A stretch of DNA of 64,000 nucleotides from Candidatus Uhrbacteria bacterium. GTDB lineage: Bacteria; Patescibacteriota; Patescibacteriia; UBA9934. The translations under genes and the position numbers were made by a program. Under the pieces are notes generated by a model. The model ran no database searches, was not told the DNA's origin, and was given only the letters and a program-made list of their open reading frames with translations. Shown here piece by piece: positions 55,745-64,000 of the stretch (position 1 is the first letter of the stretch; each line of letters begins with the position of its first letter). The DNA lies in NCBI GenBank assembly GCA_943359325.1, contig CALRHD010000004.1, forward strand, positions 5,836 through 69,835, in the 5' to 3' direction.

Positions 55745-56987
55745 CGTCGTCGCTACGGGAACGAATGATGAGGAGCGCAAGAAGCCCGGCGGTGAAGATT
55801 GCGAGGTCGTTTTTGAAAAATGGTACGTCGACAAGGCCGTGGATGAGCATGGTGAGGAACGCGGCGCAGACAGCGAGTACGACAGAGTCTTCACGGTGCC
55901 TCCAGACTGTTTTTGCAACCTGCATTGTGAGAAGAATGGTGGCTAAAACGCCGAGAAGCCCGAGTTCAACCCAAATGTTGAGGAGAACGCTGTGCGGGTA
56001 CTGAAAAATTTCGAAATACGTTGCATCGTGGTAGGGCGCAATCGCGGCGGGGAAGCCGGAAAGCCCAGCGCCAAGGAGCCAATGGTCGTTGAGATATGTG
56101 GCGGTTTCGTGCCATATTGCAATGCGGGCATGGCCGGAAACGTCGGCAAGGAGCAGTTTTTCGCGTACGGTCGATGAGAGCCCAAATGCGGCAGTGCTAA
56201 ATACGATGGCAAGAAGAATAACGAGTATTTTTGTTCGTCGCGGTGTATGAGAAATGCAGAGAGTGATGAGCAGCGCAGCAGGAATCGCAACGAGAGCCGC
56301 TTCGGTTTTTGAAAGTATGATTGCGGTGAGCATGAGTGTAAGAGAGGAAAGAGGAAAGAGGAAAGAGGAAAGTTTCTGGTTGTGCTTTGTCCACAAAAAT
56401 ACGACGAGCATGGCGACGATCGGCGCAAGAAAGAGCCCTACCGCATTCGGAAAGTCGAAGATGGATGTGATGCGACCTTCGACGTCCCATGGTGCAGGAA
56501 TGCCGAGTTTGGTGATGTATTGCAAAATACCAAGCACCGCGACGAGAACACCGCTTGTCGCGAGCGGCCAAATGTAATTTTGTTGTACCTGTCGCTTCGT
56601 GTCATTTGTAAGTGCTCCGTAACAAAGAAGAAGCACGAGCAGTGGTTCGACATAATAGGCTTTGAGAATGCCGAGGGCTGCGAAAATGTCGGGGGCATGG
56701 GCTGCGGAAAAACATGCAGCAGCAAACATGAGTAACATTGGTACGCGCCATGGTTTCAACATTCGCCAGCTGACAGGGTAAATAGTAGGTTGGCGCACGA
56801 GTTTTATTGCGACGAGAGTCAAGATGAAAATTTCGAGCGCGGTTGTAGGGACGGGGCCAATGGAGAAGCGCAAAAGATATGTGGGAAGCAGACCAAAGAG
56901 CAGTGTGAGCGCAAAGCGAAAGTCTCGCCACGCAACGACTGCGAACGTCACGAATATGATGACGAGAAGGAGCATGTACATCGTCAT
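55725..56987 (-). CDS. O-antigen ligase / Wzy-C family membrane protein
   Basis: Multiple TM; R..IW...LLGAG...YPHSVLLNIWVELG...HGLVD. Confidence 0.85.
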   Translation of the reverse strand: MTMYMLLLVIIFVTFAVVAWRDFRFALTLLFGLLPTYLLRFSIGPVPTTALEIFILTLVAIKLVRQPTIYPVSWRMLKPWRVPMLLMFAAACFSAAHAPDIFAALGILKAYYVEPLLVLLLCYGALTNDTKRQVQQNYIWPLATSGVLVAVLGILQYITKLGIPAPWDVEGRITSIFDFPNAVGLFLAPIVAMLVVFLWTKHNQKLSSFLFPLSSLTLMLTAIILSKTEAALVAIPAALLITLCISHTPRRTKILVILLAIVFSTAAFGLSSTVREKLLLADVSGHARIAIWHETATYLNDHWLLGAGLSGFPAAIAPYHDATYFEIFQYPHSVLLNIWVELGLLGVLATILLTMQVAKTVWRHREDSVVLAVCAAFLTMLIHGLVDVPFFKNDLAIFTAGLLALLIIRSRSDDAIALHE

Positions 56988-58411
56988 AATCGTGATGGCA
57001 TCGCGAGCAGCATGAGTTTTTTGGGGCTTGGGCCGCCGCATGCCCAGAGAGTGAGGAGGTATATGGTGATGCCGAGGACGACGGAAATGACGACGCTTGA
57101 GAATGTGATAAAGACGATTGCTACAAACATGACGACGCTCGCAAGTGTTGCGCGCAAAAACATTGCGAAGTTGAGCTGTGTATTACTAACGCGTAGCACC
57201 ACAACAGCGGTGATGAGTGTGATAAGCATTTCTGAAAATAGCGTTACCCATGCCGCAGCAAGAATACCCGACATGGGGATGAAGACGACATATCCTATCG
57301 TCGAAAGGACGGCGACGACGAAATAGCCCCACAGCATTGGCCGTTGTTTTTGTACGGCGACAATCGCGTGGCCAAACAGGCTACCGAAGAATACGACCGA
57401 CGTTGCCGTGCCGAGAATGGCCATAATCGTCCCTGCGGCAGCAAGTTCGGGTTTGATGAGCGAGAGCACGCGACCGCCTTCTACGATAGCGCCAAATGCA
57501 AATGGAATCGCGAGTAAGGAAAATGCATCAAACCCCTGTTGCAAATGATTTTTGAATGAGGATGCGTCATTTTTCGCCCATGCGTGAGCCAAAAGTGGCA
57601 GTAAAAGTCCCATGAACATTATGGGTACTGTTGTCATAACGTCAACAACCTTGTACGACGCGCCGTACAGGCCGATTGCGGCATCGGGAACATGAAAGAT
57701 CGACATAAAGAAAATGTCTCCCTTCAAATATATGAGGTTGAATGCGATAGAAACGCCAATGGGCCAGCTCTTTCCAATGATACGTTGCCACACCGACCAT
57801 GAAATTTGCGGACGAATGGTGACGTGGCGACGCACGAACAGAAGTGTGATGACGAGTTGTACGAATGCGCCAACGGCAAAAATGCTTGCGGCAAGAATAA
57901 TTGACGGCGCAACGATCGTGACGAGCACGGCAAGAAGCGTCACGGCGCCGCGGTTGAGGTTTTCGGCGAGAACGGCACGGCCAAGGGCGAGGCGTTTTTG
58001 GAATACGCCAATGCACATCGTTGCAACGCTTCCGAAAAAGAAAGAAAGGCAGGTGATTGCAGCTGCGATTTTTACGTCATTTTGATAAGGAAGTGCAAAA
58101 GCGATCGCGGCGCCTGTCGAGAGAAACGTGAATGCAGAAATAGCGCGAAGCGTGAGGAGATTGCCAAGAAGTTTTTCTTCGTCTGCTCCGGGTTCCGAAA
58201 TCATCTGTGTTGTTGTCAGCGTGAGTCCAAAGTCGACAAGAACGGCAAAAATTGCTGCGAAATTGAGCGCAATCGTGAGTGCGCCAAACCGCTCGATGTC
58301 GAGGTGGTTCACGAGAATTGCGAATGTCGCGAGGCTCAATGCCGTCCCTATACCTTTGCCCATGATTTGTATTGCCGTATTTTGGGCAAGTTTTTGTGTG
58401 ATGTGGGACAT
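56984..58411 (-). CDS. Polysaccharide flippase (Wzx/MATE-like)
   Basis: About 14 TM segments; DFGL and IGLYGASYK motifs. Confidence 0.88.
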   Translation of the reverse strand: MSHITQKLAQNTAIQIMGKGIGTALSLATFAILVNHLDIERFGALTIALNFAAIFAVLVDFGLTLTTTQMISEPGADEEKLLGNLLTLRAISAFTFLSTGAAIAFALPYQNDVKIAAAITCLSFFFGSVATMCIGVFQKRLALGRAVLAENLNRGAVTLLAVLVTIVAPSIILAASIFAVGAFVQLVITLLFVRRHVTIRPQISWSVWQRIIGKSWPIGVSIAFNLIYLKGDIFFMSIFHVPDAAIGLYGASYKVVDVMTTVPIMFMGLLLPLLAHAWAKNDASSFKNHLQQGFDAFSLLAIPFAFGAIVEGGRVLSLIKPELAAAGTIMAILGTATSVVFFGSLFGHAIVAVQKQRPMLWGYFVVAVLSTIGYVVFIPMSGILAAAWVTLFSEMLITLITAVVVLRVSNTQLNFAMFLRATLASVVMFVAIVFITFSSVVISVVLGITIYLLTLWACGGPSPKKLMLLAMPSRL

Positions 58412-58449
58412 AAGAAGATTGTAGCGAGTATGCTATACTCTATCCATCT

Positions 58450-60258
58450 ATGCAATTTCGCCTTTTGCGACACGTTGCCCTGTGTTTTGTACTGCTTTTT
58501 GGCGTGCTCTTTGGTGCTTCTCGTGTCGACGCTGCGTCGCAATTGGCCGCATTGCGCGTCACTACAACAGGGAGTGGTGTACTTGTTCTGCAACCAGGAG
58601 AAGTAAAAGAGGTGACTGTGTCGTTTCAGAATATTGGGACGTCGACATGGAAAAATGATGGTGTGGGCTATATTTCTGTTTACACATACGGCCCGAAGTA
58701 TCGAAAGAGCAGTTTTGACCCCGGAACATGGCTTTCGCCGACACAGGTGAAGCGCATTCGCGAAGTGAGTGTTGTGCCAAGCGCAACGGCAACAATCGCG
58801 TTTCAGCTCCACGCTCCCACAACTGAAGGCACGTACACCGAAACATTTGCATTAGCTTCTGAAGGCATTGCGTGGGTCGACGGCGGTGAATTTTCGTTCG
58901 TGATTAACGTGAAGAAATCTGCCGCGGTAAATCCTGAGCCTGTCGAAGGGGTTGATGATAAAGGACTTTCTGCTGCGCTTGCCATGCAGTCGGCAAAGGC
59001 GATCAAGCTTGTTGCAGGCCGTTCGGCCATGGTGACGGCGGGGTTCACGAACACGGGAACAAAGGCGTGGAATAGTTTTGGCCTACGTACGCCAAGCGTG
59101 AATATGGCAACAACGACATCGGCGATCGAATTCGCACATTCCTCTTGGAGTGGATCGCAGCTCGCCTATAACGACGAAACAACAATTGCTCCAGGAAAAA
59201 CGGCGTATGTGACGTTTTCGATTACTGCACCAAAAATGAACGGAACGCATACTGCGCAATTTCAGTTTGCTGCGAATGACATTGCCATTGATGACGCATT
59301 TGTGGAGCTTCCTATTGAGGTAACGGGCGGTGCGGCGGAAGCAGTTTTTGCAGAAAGAATCGTTGACACGACGCATTTTATCGACGAACCGATTATCCGT
59401 GTTGGCGTCATTACTGTCGATGAAGAAACGCAAAATGAAGTTGTTATTACGTCGACAGAAAGCGATTTCGACCTCCGTGATGTGAACGGCAACCTGCTTG
59501 CCGAACTCACGAAGGGAAGTAGTGTCACGGCGTCCTTTGATGGCAGCAGATATGTGTACGACCGTGGTCGCGGCGCAGAATTTTCGTCGTATGCGCTTCG
59601 ATTTGTGCCAAAGGTCGACTATGCGGTCATGAAGATTGCGAATTTCGACCGCAGAGTGACGCGCGGTTCGGCAAACGCCGACAACACATTTCGTGGCGTG
59701 CTCGAATTCCGCTACAACGACACGCATGAACGAGCGTGGATTATCGATGAGCTGCCCATGGAGTATTACTTGCGCGGTTTAGCGGAGACGTCGAACATTT
59801 CGCACATGGAATTTCAGAAATCGTTGATGACGGCGGCACGGACGTATGCATTTTATCACTGGACGCGTGCAACGAAGCACGCAAAAGAGTTTTATCATGT
59901 CGACGCATATTTTGATCAAGTTTATAAGGGTTACGGGCAAGAAGAGCGCACGCCAAGGGTGACACAGGCCATTCAAGAAACGCGAGGGAAAGTGGTGACG
60001 TATGCGGGCGACATTGCCATTACGCCGTACTTTTCGCGCAGTGATGGCCAAACACGTAATTGGAGCGATGTGTGGGGTGGCGATATTCCATGGGCAATCG
60101 CAGTTGCGGTTCCATGCGACGACGGTAAAGTGTTGTGGGGTCACGGCGTGGGTATGTCGGCGTCGGGCGCACTTTGCATGGCAAATAACGGCATGTTGTG
60201 GGAGGAAATTGTGAAATATTTCTACACCGGCGTTGCAATTGAACAGCGATGGGAGTGA
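58450..60258 (+). CDS. SpoIID/LytB domain protein with N-terminal NBR1-like Ig domains
   Basis: FQNIGTSTW repeats; EYYLRGLAE, AARTYA, DQVYKG and GHGVGMS motifs. Confidence 0.85.
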   Translation: MQFRLLRHVALCFVLLFGVLFGASRVDAASQLAALRVTTTGSGVLVLQPGEVKEVTVSFQNIGTSTWKNDGVGYISVYTYGPKYRKSSFDPGTWLSPTQVKRIREVSVVPSATATIAFQLHAPTTEGTYTETFALASEGIAWVDGGEFSFVINVKKSAAVNPEPVEGVDDKGLSAALAMQSAKAIKLVAGRSAMVTAGFTNTGTKAWNSFGLRTPSVNMATTTSAIEFAHSSWSGSQLAYNDETTIAPGKTAYVTFSITAPKMNGTHTAQFQFAANDIAIDDAFVELPIEVTGGAAEAVFAERIVDTTHFIDEPIIRVGVITVDEETQNEVVITSTESDFDLRDVNGNLLAELTKGSSVTASFDGSRYVYDRGRGAEFSSYALRFVPKVDYAVMKIANFDRRVTRGSANADNTFRGVLEFRYNDTHERAWIIDELPMEYYLRGLAETSNISHMEFQKSLMTAARTYAFYHWTRATKHAKEFYHVDAYFDQVYKGYGQEERTPRVTQAIQETRGKVVTYAGDIAITPYFSRSDGQTRNWSDVWGGDIPWAIAVAVPCDDGKVLWGHGVGMSASGALCMANNGMLWEEIVKYFYTGVAIEQRWE

Positions 60259-60261
60259 TAT

Positions 60262-61317
60262 ATGATTTACAAAAAACTACTCATATTCAGCTTTTTCATC
60301 GCATCTCTTCCTACGCAGGTTTTTGCAACGAACGACGCCGATCCATTGCAAACTGTTTACGAATCTCGGGGCGATTTGCAGTCTGCATTTAACGTAGACG
60401 GAACACCCGTTGGCAATGCTGCGGGATTCTTGATGAACCTTAAGGACTGGGCACGGCAATACGGTTGGCAGGAATATCCTGAACTCATTTCTTATGCTCC
60501 TCTTACAGTGCCACCTTCCCGTTTACAACCTACAAGCTACCAGCTACAACCTCCCACATCATCCATGTACATCGTCATCGACAATGCTTCAGGCGCAATT
60601 CTTGCCGCTGAACATGCAGAAGAACCGTGGCCGATAGCGTCGATAACAAAGTTGATGACGGCGAGCGTTGCGCTCGATAGTGGCATTGACGCGGGTGGCA
60701 CGGGGAGCATTGTTGCCGCAGATGACGTAGGTGGTGCACGGCTTAATGTGTTTTCGGGGACGACGTTTACGACGCGTGACTTGCTTGCGGCTACACTCGT
60801 CGGTAGTGCCAATAACGCCGCGAATGCCATTGCTCGCATGACGGGTTTTTCTCGAGAGAGTTTTGTCGAAAAGATGAATGCGTATGCTGCATTACTTGGC
60901 ATGACACGTGCACACTTTGTCGACCCTACAGGTATTGAACTTGGAAACACGGCAAATGCTCGCGAAGTTGCTGCACTTGCACGTTCGGCATTCGGCCGCG
61001 AAAATATTCGTAAATTTGCAGGATCATCAACAACGCACATCGCGGCGTTGAGCGACGCTGCGTATATTCGCGACATTAAAAGTACGAATTGGCTTCTGTA
61101 CGACCATGCCTACGATGACCTTTATGTGACGGCAGGAAAGACGGGTTTTTTGAATGAGTCAGGCTGGAACTTGGTTGTGGAGCTTCACCCCATGCATGAC
61201 GACGACACGCACCGTTCTCTTACTATCGTTACCCTTGGTGCTGCAGGCCGCCGCGAAAGTTTCGACGACGCCGCCGCATTAGCACGGTGGACGTGGGGGA
61301 ATTTTGAATGGAGATAG
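60262..61317 (+). CDS. D-alanyl-D-alanine carboxypeptidase (peptidase S11)
   Basis: ASITKLMT (SxxK), SAN and GKTG motifs. Confidence 0.9.
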   Translation: MIYKKLLIFSFFIASLPTQVFATNDADPLQTVYESRGDLQSAFNVDGTPVGNAAGFLMNLKDWARQYGWQEYPELISYAPLTVPPSRLQPTSYQLQPPTSSMYIVIDNASGAILAAEHAEEPWPIASITKLMTASVALDSGIDAGGTGSIVAADDVGGARLNVFSGTTFTTRDLLAATLVGSANNAANAIARMTGFSRESFVEKMNAYAALLGMTRAHFVDPTGIELGNTANAREVAALARSAFGRENIRKFAGSSTTHIAALSDAAYIRDIKSTNWLLYDHAYDDLYVTAGKTGFLNESGWNLVVELHPMHDDDTHRSLTIVTLGAAGRRESFDDAAALARWTWGNFEWR

Positions 61318-61322
61318 GAATC

Positions 61323-61670
61323 TTAACTTTTTGTGTCCATAATCCATTTTCCGTCAATGAAATCTGCGACGTTTTTCCCTCCGACGGGCATGCCGTCCTC
61401 AAAATTCGTGATGGTGATGCCGTTATAGTTGGTTTTCCCCTGAAGATCACGGCGATACGCGTATTCAGTCGTTTCACCAGATAGCTTTCCAGGAATTTCA
61501 ACTTCCCAGAGATATAAACCTTTCTCATCTGCAATTTTTCTTCGTTCTACGAACGCGCCATCGATGAGTTTATTGAAAATTTCGCGTACCTCGGCCTCAT
61601 TTGGTAGGTGTTCGGCAGCAGTCTCAATATTTTTTTGCTTTTCTTCATGCCCAGGTCCTTTCTCACCCAT
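61323..61670 (-). CDS. Hypothetical protein
   Basis: 115-aa ORF filling the intergenic space. Confidence 0.6.
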   Translation of the reverse strand: MGEKGPGHEEKQKNIETAAEHLPNEAEVREIFNKLIDGAFVERRKIADEKGLYLWEVEIPGKLSGETTEYAYRRDLQGKTNYNGITITNFEDGMPVGGKNVADFIDGKWIMDTKS

Positions 61671-61713
61671 ATAATAAAATTATATTTCTTTCACTGTTCA
61701 ATGCGTTTAAAGT

Positions 61714-62289
61714 TCATGTGTCGCCCTGCTGCACCTCTTGCCCAAGTACGCCATCGCCGTGGCGTTTTTTACATTCAGTGACGAGTCGTGCAATGCGGAG
61801 TTTTACTTCGTCGGGATTGTCGATGTTTTTGAAATGAAATTCCACTTTTTCGCCTGCAGTTTGAATAATGACGTCACCGTAGGTCAAAAACGTTTCTAAA
61901 AATCCTTTCATTTCGCTCGTGATGTCTTGCACTTGGTTGAGTCGCATCTCGGAAATTTTTCTACTGAAGAGCCCCATTTGTTCTATGTTGATAATGCGTT
62001 CGTTCGTCACAATCCACGAGTCCAAATAGTAGTCGGAAATTTGCGCCATGGTAATAACGGCAACAACAAGCAGGTATGTCGACAAGATGAGTGTGCCGAC
62101 AGGTCCCCAAAATGCATTGTCGAAAATGTTTGCGCCTGACTTCGTGAGTGCAAAGATAATTGCGACAGGAACACACAAGAGTACGGCGCTAAAGAGAAAC
62201 GCCGTTGCCAAGTCAATCCAATATCGACGCATGAACAAAATAGTTTGCTCGTTGCGTTCTTGGTTAGGAAGATTTGCGAGGCTCATCAT
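61714..62289 (-). CDS. Bacterial PH-domain membrane protein
   Basis: Two TM; WIVTNERII..Q.GLF.R...VQD...YGDV.IQTAG. Confidence 0.85.
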   Translation of the reverse strand: MMSLANLPNQERNEQTILFMRRYWIDLATAFLFSAVLLCVPVAIIFALTKSGANIFDNAFWGPVGTLILSTYLLVVAVITMAQISDYYLDSWIVTNERIINIEQMGLFSRKISEMRLNQVQDITSEMKGFLETFLTYGDVIIQTAGEKVEFHFKNIDNPDEVKLRIARLVTECKKRHGDGVLGQEVQQGDT

Positions 62290-62552
62290 AGGCCGAGGTG
62301 GACGTTAGTGCCGACGAACGGGAGGACATCGGAGAGTGCAATGGTTGCCGACCAGTTGTAAGCACCGATGAGGGCTGCCGAGAAGACGAGCACGCCGAGG
62401 TACATGAGGACGTAGAAGAGAAGAACGACAGTTGTGGTAAATGACTCAATGCCGAATTTTGCAATGTGATAGACGTTAAAAAACATGAATATGCCCGTAC
62501 CAAGGAGGACAACGGCGTAGGGGATGAGAAAATACCAGAGGGGGAAGGTCAT
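62286..62552 (-). CDS. Small membrane protein
   Basis: Two TM helices; 4-nt overlaps with ruvB and the PH-domain gene. Confidence 0.7.
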   Translation of the reverse strand: MTFPLWYFLIPYAVVLLGTGIFMFFNVYHIAKFGIESFTTTVVLLFYVLMYLGVLVFSAALIGAYNWSATIALSDVLPFVGTNVHLGL

Positions 62553-63574
62553 AGATGCAGATGGTCGTATGCTCGTTTTGTGACAACGCGGCCGCGGGGC
62601 GTGCGCTCCAAAAAGCCGAGCTGGAGTAAAAACGGCTCGTAGATTTCTTCTATTGTAGCAGTTTCTTCCTGTGTTGCGGCGGCGAGTGTCGTGATACCCA
62701 CAGGGCCACCACTAAATTTTTCGATAATTGTTCTAAGGAGTCGGCGGTCGACGTGATCGAGGCCGAGAGGATCGATGGCGAGCATGTCGAGCGCGGCGTC
62801 GGCGATTGCAGTGTTCACGGAGCCATCGTGAACGATTTCGGCGTAATCGCGAACGCGCTTTAATAAGCGGTTTGCAATACGCGGTGTTCGGCGGGCACGA
62901 GTTGCAATGCGCATTGCGGCATCGTCGTCTACCGGGATGCCGAGAATGCTTGCACTGCGTATGAGGATTTTTGCAATGTCGGCGTCTTCGTAAAAATTGA
63001 GGTGATACGTGACGCCAAAGCGGTCACGGAGTGGCGCCGAGAGGAGCGAGAGGCGTGTAGTGGCGCCGATAATGGTGAATGGAGCAAGGTCGAGGCGGAG
63101 TGTGCGTGCGCTTGGTCCTTTGCCGACGACGAGGTCGAGCGCAAAGTCTTCCATTGCGGGGTAAAGGACTTCTTCGATTGCATGATTCATGCGGTGAATT
63201 TCGTCGATAAACAAGACGTCGCCTGCCTCGAGGTTACTCAAAATCGCCGCCAAGTCGCCGACGCGCTCTAACGCAGGGCCGCTTGTCACCTTCACGTTCG
63301 CACCCATTTCCTTGCCAATAATGTGCGCAAGTGTTGTTTTACCAAGCCCCGGATTGCCATACAATAAAACGTGCTCAAGTGAACGTTCGCGTTTTTTTGC
63401 TGCAGAAAGAAAAATGCTCAAGCTATTTTTAAGCTCTTCTTGCCCCACGAAGTCGTTCAACGCCGTTGGTCGCAGTCCTGCCTCGAAACGCTGTTCTTCA
63501 ACATTTGCAGCAGGTGCTGTCGCTCGTTCTGCTTCAGGAGCGTCGTCTGCTATTTGTTCATCTTCCACAATCAT
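62549..63574 (-). CDS. ruvB: Holliday junction branch migration helicase RuvB
   Basis: [30 protein letters not shown] and RTPRGR motifs. Confidence 0.97.
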   Translation of the reverse strand: MIVEDEQIADDAPEAERATAPAANVEEQRFEAGLRPTALNDFVGQEELKNSLSIFLSAAKKRERSLEHVLLYGNPGLGKTTLAHIIGKEMGANVKVTSGPALERVGDLAAILSNLEAGDVLFIDEIHRMNHAIEEVLYPAMEDFALDLVVGKGPSARTLRLDLAPFTIIGATTRLSLLSAPLRDRFGVTYHLNFYEDADIAKILIRSASILGIPVDDDAAMRIATRARRTPRIANRLLKRVRDYAEIVHDGSVNTAIADAALDMLAIDPLGLDHVDRRLLRTIIEKFSGGPVGITTLAAATQEETATIEEIYEPFLLQLGFLERTPRGRVVTKRAYDHLHL

Positions 63575-63631
63575 ACCAAGGTCATTATACGGCCTTGTAT
63601 GCCTTTTTGACTATGTTACACTTTGGCACGT

Positions 63632-63718
63632 GCCGGGATGGCGAAGCTGGTATACGCGGAAGACTTAAGATCTTCTTCCCGAAAGGGATCGTGGGTTCGA
63701 GTCCCACTCCCGGCACCA
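63632..63718 (+). tRNA. tRNA-Leu(TAA)
   Basis: GCCGGGA...TCCCGGC-ACCA; anticodon arm GAAGA-CTTAAGA-TCTTC; variable arm. Confidence 0.95.
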
Positions 63719-63726
63719 CTCACACT

Positions 63727-64000
63727 ATGCCTATTTCGCGACCACTTATCATTGGCCTTGCGGGTCCGAGCGGCGCGGGGAAGTCGACGTTATGTGCGGC
63801 GATTGCTGCAGAACGAAGTGATGTCGGCCATTTTAAGCTCGACGATTTTTTTAAGGATGCGACGGAATTTTCTTACTATAAACACTGGCTCAATCGTGAA
63901 GTGCCGACGAATTTAAAATTTGATGATTTTATTTCTGCTCTTTCTCAACTGCGTAATGGTTATTCTGTCGATGTCCCCGACTACTCAATGAAGGCCGATA
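63727..64000 (+). CDS. Uridine kinase-like P-loop kinase, partial
   Basis: Manual translation MPISRPLIIGLAGPSGAGKSTL...LDDFFK...VDVPDY; runs off the window. Confidence 0.8.
   Translation, partial: MPISRPLIIGLAGPSGAGKSTLCAAIAAERSDVGHFKLDDFFKDATEFSYYKHWLNREVPTNLKFDDFISALSQLRNGYSVDVPDYSMKAD

Overview
A 64-kb origin-proximal chromosomal segment, most likely from a Patescibacteria/CPR (Parcubacteria-like) bacterium; this is inferred from gene content (compact housekeeping set, VirB2/TrbC-like pilin array, WxL-like surface operon, ComM, LemA/TPM). It holds the oriC region (yidD-rnpA-rpmH / dnaA-dnaN with DnaA boxes), housekeeping genes (rmuC, rpsT, holA, polA, xer, rpsO, pnp, lspA, comM, tig, nfo, PBP1A, galU, engB, ruvB), seven intact tRNAs, an Fe-S/redox operon, six tandem pilins and several orphan genes. 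The most unusual locus is at tRNA-Ser(CGA): a small GIY-YIG nuclease gene lies between the intact tRNA and a 3'-truncated copy that matches it exactly except for three 20-nt palindromic insertions in the D- and T-loops. Other short palindromes and heptamer repeats occur inside coding sequences. Further candidates are a two-copy structured repeat next to the pilin array, a 165-bp MITE, an ORF6N gene whose internal palindrome recurs upstream, satellite DnaA-box clusters plus a stand-alone DnaA domain-IV protein, structured RNAs upstream of rpsO, and a split between near-leaderless housekeeping genes and SD-led orphan genes. All calls were made by eye; no database searches were run. Several start codons were moved downstream of the ORF-track starts.
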